From positions 89,960,495 through 90,001,920 of the forward strand of contig NC_068986.1 of the NCBI RefSeq assembly GCF_001194135.2: a DNA stretch of 41,426 nt. The letters run 5' to 3'. The position numbers and the translations under genes were made by a program. This stretch comes from Octopus bimaculoides (taxonomy: Eukaryota). The notes below the pieces were generated by a model. The model did no database searches. It saw only the letters and a program-made list of their open reading frames with translations, and was not told the DNA's origin. Positions 36,444 to 41,426 of this stretch are shown here, one piece after another; position 1 is the first letter of the stretch, and each line of letters starts with the position of its first letter.

Positions 36444-36603
36444 TCATCTTTGCCCTCTTTATCACTACCAACATAGTCAATGTACATATCTGTCTCATTC
36501 TCAGCAAGTACACGCTCAACAAGACGAGATGAACGATTGAAGAAATTCTGGAAATCTTCAGAAGACATGATCTGTTTCTTCTCATCGTCACTGAGTTCTT
36601 TGA
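36444..36603 (-). CDS. DYNC1I2: Dynein IC exon (KELSDDEKKQIMSSEDFQNFFNRSSRLVERVLAENETDMYIDYVGSDKEGKD)
   Basis: ctctcAG acceptor and GTAAGT donor; 160 nt. Resembles the roadblock-binding helix [31 protein letters not shown] of vertebrate IC. Confidence 0.93.
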
Positions 36604-37444
36604 CTGAGAGTAATGGTAATAAAACAATGGTAGTAGAGTCATAGTTAAAAACTTGAGTAGATTGTTCAGTTTATGAGGAAAAAAATATAACAAACACAAC
36701 TATAACAATGATTTCTACCTTCTATGACTAGTTTTCTCATGCTAAGTCACATGGTATTGCAATAAGTTAACATTTAAAGATTGCTACATGACCAGGAGAT
36801 GAAACAGTGGTGTGTTGCACCTTATAAAAGTACAATACATGCTGAACTTGAGGCTAAAGACTTAACAGAATCCAAAAGTTAATCTAAATGTATGTGTCTA
36901 GCAACAAATGAAATCATGACAATTTTACTTTTCTATTCGACCTCACAATTCCTTACTACAATAGCCATCAATAGACAAAATCTCTAATTACAACACAAAT
37001 ATAGAATAAAACACTGATCTTGGGTTACTGTTGATCTTAAAACCTCCTGCTACAACTCCAATGACATCAGCTCCATGGCTAATCCTACAACCTATATAAT
37101 TCAAAACCCATTGGTCCACACTATTCTCTTTCTCTTATTACTGTTATTTCATACATCACAGACCAGATACAAAATAGCTGTTCAACCTGTCTCTTAACTA
37201 CTCTCAACTGCATCTTCTGGAAGCACTTCATATCCTTGATAGCTCAAATTATATTCTGATCTCTTAGTCTACGAAAGTCTAGGATGATTAACCCCAGTGC
37301 TTGACTGGTACTTCATTGGCTCTGGAAGGATGAAAGGGTAAAGACATCCCAACAGGATTTGAGCCCAAAACATGAAGAGCTAGAATAAATAATGAAGGTA
37401 TTCTGTCTGAAGTTCTAAGAATTCAGTCAATTCACCAGCATTGA

Positions 37445-37464
37445 TAATAATAATAATAATGATG

Positions 37465-37494
<30 letters not shown>
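37445..37494 (+). repeat. (AAT)n microsatellite; (TA)n tracts also at about 16542-16581, 39875-39905, 40402-40426 and 41365-41397
   Basis: Directly visible simple repeats. Confidence 0.95.
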
Positions 37495-37495
<1 letters not shown>

Positions 37496-38139
37496 CACCC
37501 ACCTTTATTTTATTTGTTTACTTTTCTATTTTTTAAATTTTTTCCTTTTTCTCTATCACGTGACTCTGTAAGTGAACAATCTGGTGTGCTTCTTTTAGTG
37601 GTCTACCAATGTATACAGTACGTTTCTCTGCCCTAGGTGTCAGGAAGACACATGGCAAGAAATGGAAATAGAATTGAAAGCAGATGCTAATGAAAATGAT
37701 GATAATAATAACAGCAAATATTCTGCTCAATACCACAGATTTGCTTGTCAGTTGTTTGACCTGAACTAATTGAGCATGTCCCTTCGTGGCTGACAATATG
37801 TGCATCATAGCCATGTGTTGAAAGGAATTCTTTGGGGTTTGGATAATTCACCTTTGGAAACTTGTGTTTCATTCAACATCTTTAAACAAACCTTATTCAG
37901 GAACTTTTTGAGCGGAATGGGCTACTCGACCTGAAGAAAATTCTAACTGGGCCCCACCTGCGAGGTCATGTGCTGTTTATCTTGATATGAGATCACCATG
38001 TCGTGCACAAATGGTTGTGATGCATGTGCTTGGTGTACCCTTATCAGCCGGGTAGTCATGATGGGTATACTGGGCTTTGTATGTTTTACCCCAGTGTCAC
38101 TTTGATGGTATGCACTGCTCTCTTACTCAATAATAATAA

Positions 38140-39005
38140 TAATTTCAAATTTTGGTACAAGGCCAGAATAATTCTTTCTAAAATAGGCACAAGGCCTAAC
38201 ATTTTAGAGGAAGGAGCTATTCAATAACATATATATTTATTTCATCAACTCTGAATGGATGAAAGGCAAAGTTGACCAGGATGAAATTTGAACTCAAAAT
38301 GTAAAGATGGAAAAAAATACTGCTAAACATTTCATCTGGAGTGCCAACAATTCTGTCAGCTTGCCACCTTAATAATATAATGGTTTCAAATTTTGGCACA
38401 AAGCCAGCAATTTCAGGTTAGCCAATTATATTGACCCTAGTGTTCAACGGGCACTCATTTTATCAACCCCAGTGTTCAACTGGCACTGATTTTATCGATC
38501 CCAAAAGGATAAATGGCAAAGTTGACCCTGACAGCATTTGAACTCAGAAAGTAAAGTTGGAACAAATGTCGCTAAGCATTTTGTCTGGGATTGTAAAGAT
38601 TTTGCCTTAATAATGATAATTTTTAAATCCATTTCTAGCATAGGCACAAAGCTAGAAACTTGGAGTGAGGTGGTTAGTCAATTAAAGAGACCACAATAAT
38701 TGGCTGGTACTTCATTTATTGACCCTGTAAGGATGAAAGACAAAGTTAACCCCAATGAGATCTGAGATTAGAAAGTAAAGAATTGGAACAAATATCACAA
38801 GCCATTTTGTCCAATACCCCAGTGATTCTGCCAGCCCAATACACCTGATGATGATGATGATGATAATTCTTCCTACTATAGGCATAAGGCCTTAAATTTA
38901 GTGAGTGGGGGAGGTTAGTCGATTACATCAGTCCCAGTGCTTGACTGGTGCTTATTTTATTAACCCTGAAAGGGTGAAAGGCAAAATCAACCTTGGTGGA
39001 ATCTT
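38140..39005 (-). mobile_element. Cluster of about four tandem SINE family 3 copies
   Basis: Repeated TTTATT(G/A)ACCC...GGATGAAAG(G/A)CAAAGTT(G/A)ACC...TTTGAACTCA modules, each preceded on the + strand by (AAT/GAT)n followed by a TTT...GGCACAA-type motif. Confidence 0.7.
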
Positions 39006-39226
39006 TGGAAACCTGTGTTTCATTCAACATCCTTAAACAACCTTATTCAGGTACTTTTTGAGCTGGGTCCCACCTGCTCAGAATGTAAAGCCAGCATGCT
39101 AATGATTCTGCGAGCCCACCTTAATGACGATTATGGTGGAGATGATGATGATGCTGATGATAAAAATGATTGCAGAGAAGATGAAAATGAAGGTAATTCA
39201 TAATAGTAATGAAATAGTTAACTTAC

Positions 39227-39361
39227 TCCATTTTTCAACTTTTGACTCTTGCTCAATTTCTTGCTGTGTCTTGGCAGGCTGCACCATCTCAACATGTGGC
39301 ATCTTGTGTTGATGAGCTGGTGTTGTTTCACTGGAAGCTTCCACAGAGTCCGTGTCGTCAT
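39227..39361 (-). CDS. DYNC1I2: Cytoplasmic dynein-1 intermediate chain, acidic linker exon ((D)DDTDSVEASSETTPAHQHKMPHVEMVQPAKTQQEIEQESKVEKW); possible alternative start at 39391
   Basis: GTAAGT donor at 39226 leaves phase 1, matching the next exon. Two in-frame AG acceptors at 39362-39363 and 39392-39393. Low-complexity region, so support comes from phase and position. Confidence 0.72.
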
Positions 39362-39676
39362 CTGTGTGCCCATTATCATCATAAACAAGAACTAAATGGT
39401 TAATAATTTTAAAGGCTGTCCCCATACTCTTGAACAAGGGTAAAATTTTAAACAAGTTATTTACTACATTGCATGTATGTGTGTACACACACATACACAC
39501 ACAAGTAGACACACACGCAGACACACAAATACATGTGCACTCATATACATAAATATTAATACATTCTCCAGATAAACATCAAAATGAAAAAAGATTTAAA
39601 ATGCAATAAAACTGATAAAATGAATTAAACATTTTTTTAAAAATAAATTTACTTTACATTTCTTTGTGGCAGTGAA

Positions 39677-39740
39677 AAGTATGGGGAAAGAATAAATTTT
39701 CAAATTACAAGTATGGGGAAAGAATAAATTTTCAAATTAC
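39677..39740 (+). repeat. Perfect 2 x 32-bp tandem duplication
   Basis: AAGTATGGGGAAAGAATAAATTTTCAAATTAC repeated twice. Confidence 0.95.
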
Positions 39741-39871
39741 GTTTCTACCTTAATTCTTTGAGCTTAACTTTACAACCTGCCCTCCTAACCAGACCAATCT
39801 ACTTGGCTATCATAAGTTACACCTATGTTTATTGAGTGGAGCTCCTACAAATCTGATAACATTATCAGATG

Positions 39872-39912
<41 letters not shown>

Positions 39913-40401
39913 AACAAGTTTCCAGTTTTATATTGTATATTGTTTTGAAATACATATTTTCTCCAGAATTATAAGATTTTGAATAAACTTTCTAAAAATG
40001 CTTAGGAAATACTCGAGATTAAAAATTATATATATTATTTGAAAAGATATTATTTAAAATCAGATAGCAATTAATATTATTATTTTAAATATTAATGTGT
40101 AAATTTAATTAATACAAGTAAGCGCTGACAGAATTAAAATAAATAGCATTTTTACATATGTAATACTTAGTAACATCTTTTAATAGCAGACATCATATCA
40201 CATTGCTGCATCTACAGGCTATTATTGACTCAAACTGAATAAAATGTGAAGTTTAAATTAGAATTAAGCTTAGGCAGAGTAGAGCTGGCATGCCACAAGG
40301 TTATAAAATGCTGGAGAAATGCAAGATAGCACAGAAGCAGTGGAATTGTTTTTTTGTATTTTTTTTTTTAGCAGATCTTGATTTTTAGTAAGAAAGCAAT
40401 G

Positions 40402-40432
<31 letters not shown>

Positions 40433-41359
40433 AAAATACTGGTCTTCTGTGAATAAACAGAAGTAGTATATAGCAATTATTCAATAGCCTTGGCTAAAGC
40501 AGCCCAAGGCCAAAACTAGTTACAGGCCTTTCTCGTTATTTTTGCAGTTTTGTCAAAGGACACACTCTCTCTATATATAAATGAAAGATAAACCCCTGGA
40601 AAATATGCACACACACACACACGCACAAATGCACATATATGTGCAGAAATTTAATCATTTGCCTTCTGAAGATGTGAGAGTTTATCTGCTGATTTCCTCA
40701 TTCAATCATTGTATGAATATGCATCCAAGAAGATATGACTATTACACAAACTGCTACTTCAATTCTCTCATAACACTAAAATTAGTCGGCCATTTTAGAG
40801 AGTTACTTCACATTTTAATACGCCATGTCTCTCAGTTGAACTATGATAACAATGCTCACAACTTAATAAATTGAACTAACACAAGACTGACACTAACTGG
40901 TATTACCAAACAAACACCACTGAACCACTTCAATAATAACCATATTTACACACAGAAACTCTATAATTAGTATTATATTCTATGCAGTACATTATATCCT
41001 ATAGCTCCATTCAGAGTATATTTTGATACTGCCATAAAACCACTTTCATGGTTTTCTTGATCTTGTTCACAGATGTTACTCAAAGTTTTCAATATGCAGA
41101 TGTGGGTAGTATATATTTTCATCATCTATCTTTTAAAAGCCCTTGTTTTGTAATTTGTTATTTTTCTTTTCCCTCTGATTTAGTAAAAACATTTAAAAAT
41201 AGTTAAGGTAGTTTAAGTTAAAGCAACATGGAAATAGAGATAAAAATGTTCATTCATTTCATTTGATTTCTACAAGATAATCATCGAAGAAATCCTTGTT
41301 ATTAATACAACTACATATACGTAATACACACTCTTGCACAGTTACATACACATCTACAG

Positions 41360-41402
<43 letters not shown>

Positions 41403-41426
41403 AAAAAGTAGTTTGAAAATGCCACT

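Noticed and set aside
186-40874. Most ORFs in the six-frame track
   Set aside because: They are short and low-complexity, or arise from microsatellites, SINEs or antisense frames. Only those overlapping real exons or transposon remnants carry recognisable motifs.
39400-41426. Possible upstream dynein IC exons or microexons
   Set aside because: I found no segment encoding the expected light-chain-binding (KETQT-like) motif with credible splice sites and frame.

Overview
Eukaryotic, AT-rich, intron-containing genomic DNA. The repeat families suggest an octopus or another coleoid cephalopod; this is an inference from repeat content, not a database match. Two conserved genes lie tail-to-tail. 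On the + strand, six coding exons (7152-15423) encode a UBE2Z/USE1 E2 ubiquitin-conjugating enzyme; its first coding exon was not found and is probably upstream of the window. On the - strand, eleven coding exons (39361-26360) encode a cytoplasmic dynein-1 intermediate chain (WD40); its N-terminal exons lie beyond the window end. All exons have GT-AG sites and compatible phases. Introns hold tRNA-derived SINEs, RTE-LINE 3' ends with (GAT)n tails, TTAA- and TA-flanked MITEs and microsatellites. The intergenic segment (about 17.4-24.7 kb) is a nested transposon graveyard: a Ty3/gypsy gag-pro-RT remnant, several RTE LINEs (one with a PHD-type finger inside its RT), a mariner remnant, a long foldback element and a 286-nt assembly gap. 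I found no convincing novel multi-gene system. The best leads are an inverted young SINE pair bracketing three UBE2Z exons, the PHD finger inside the RTE RT, an in-frame alternative acceptor in the dynein IC variable region, and the foldback element next to the dynein IC 3' end.
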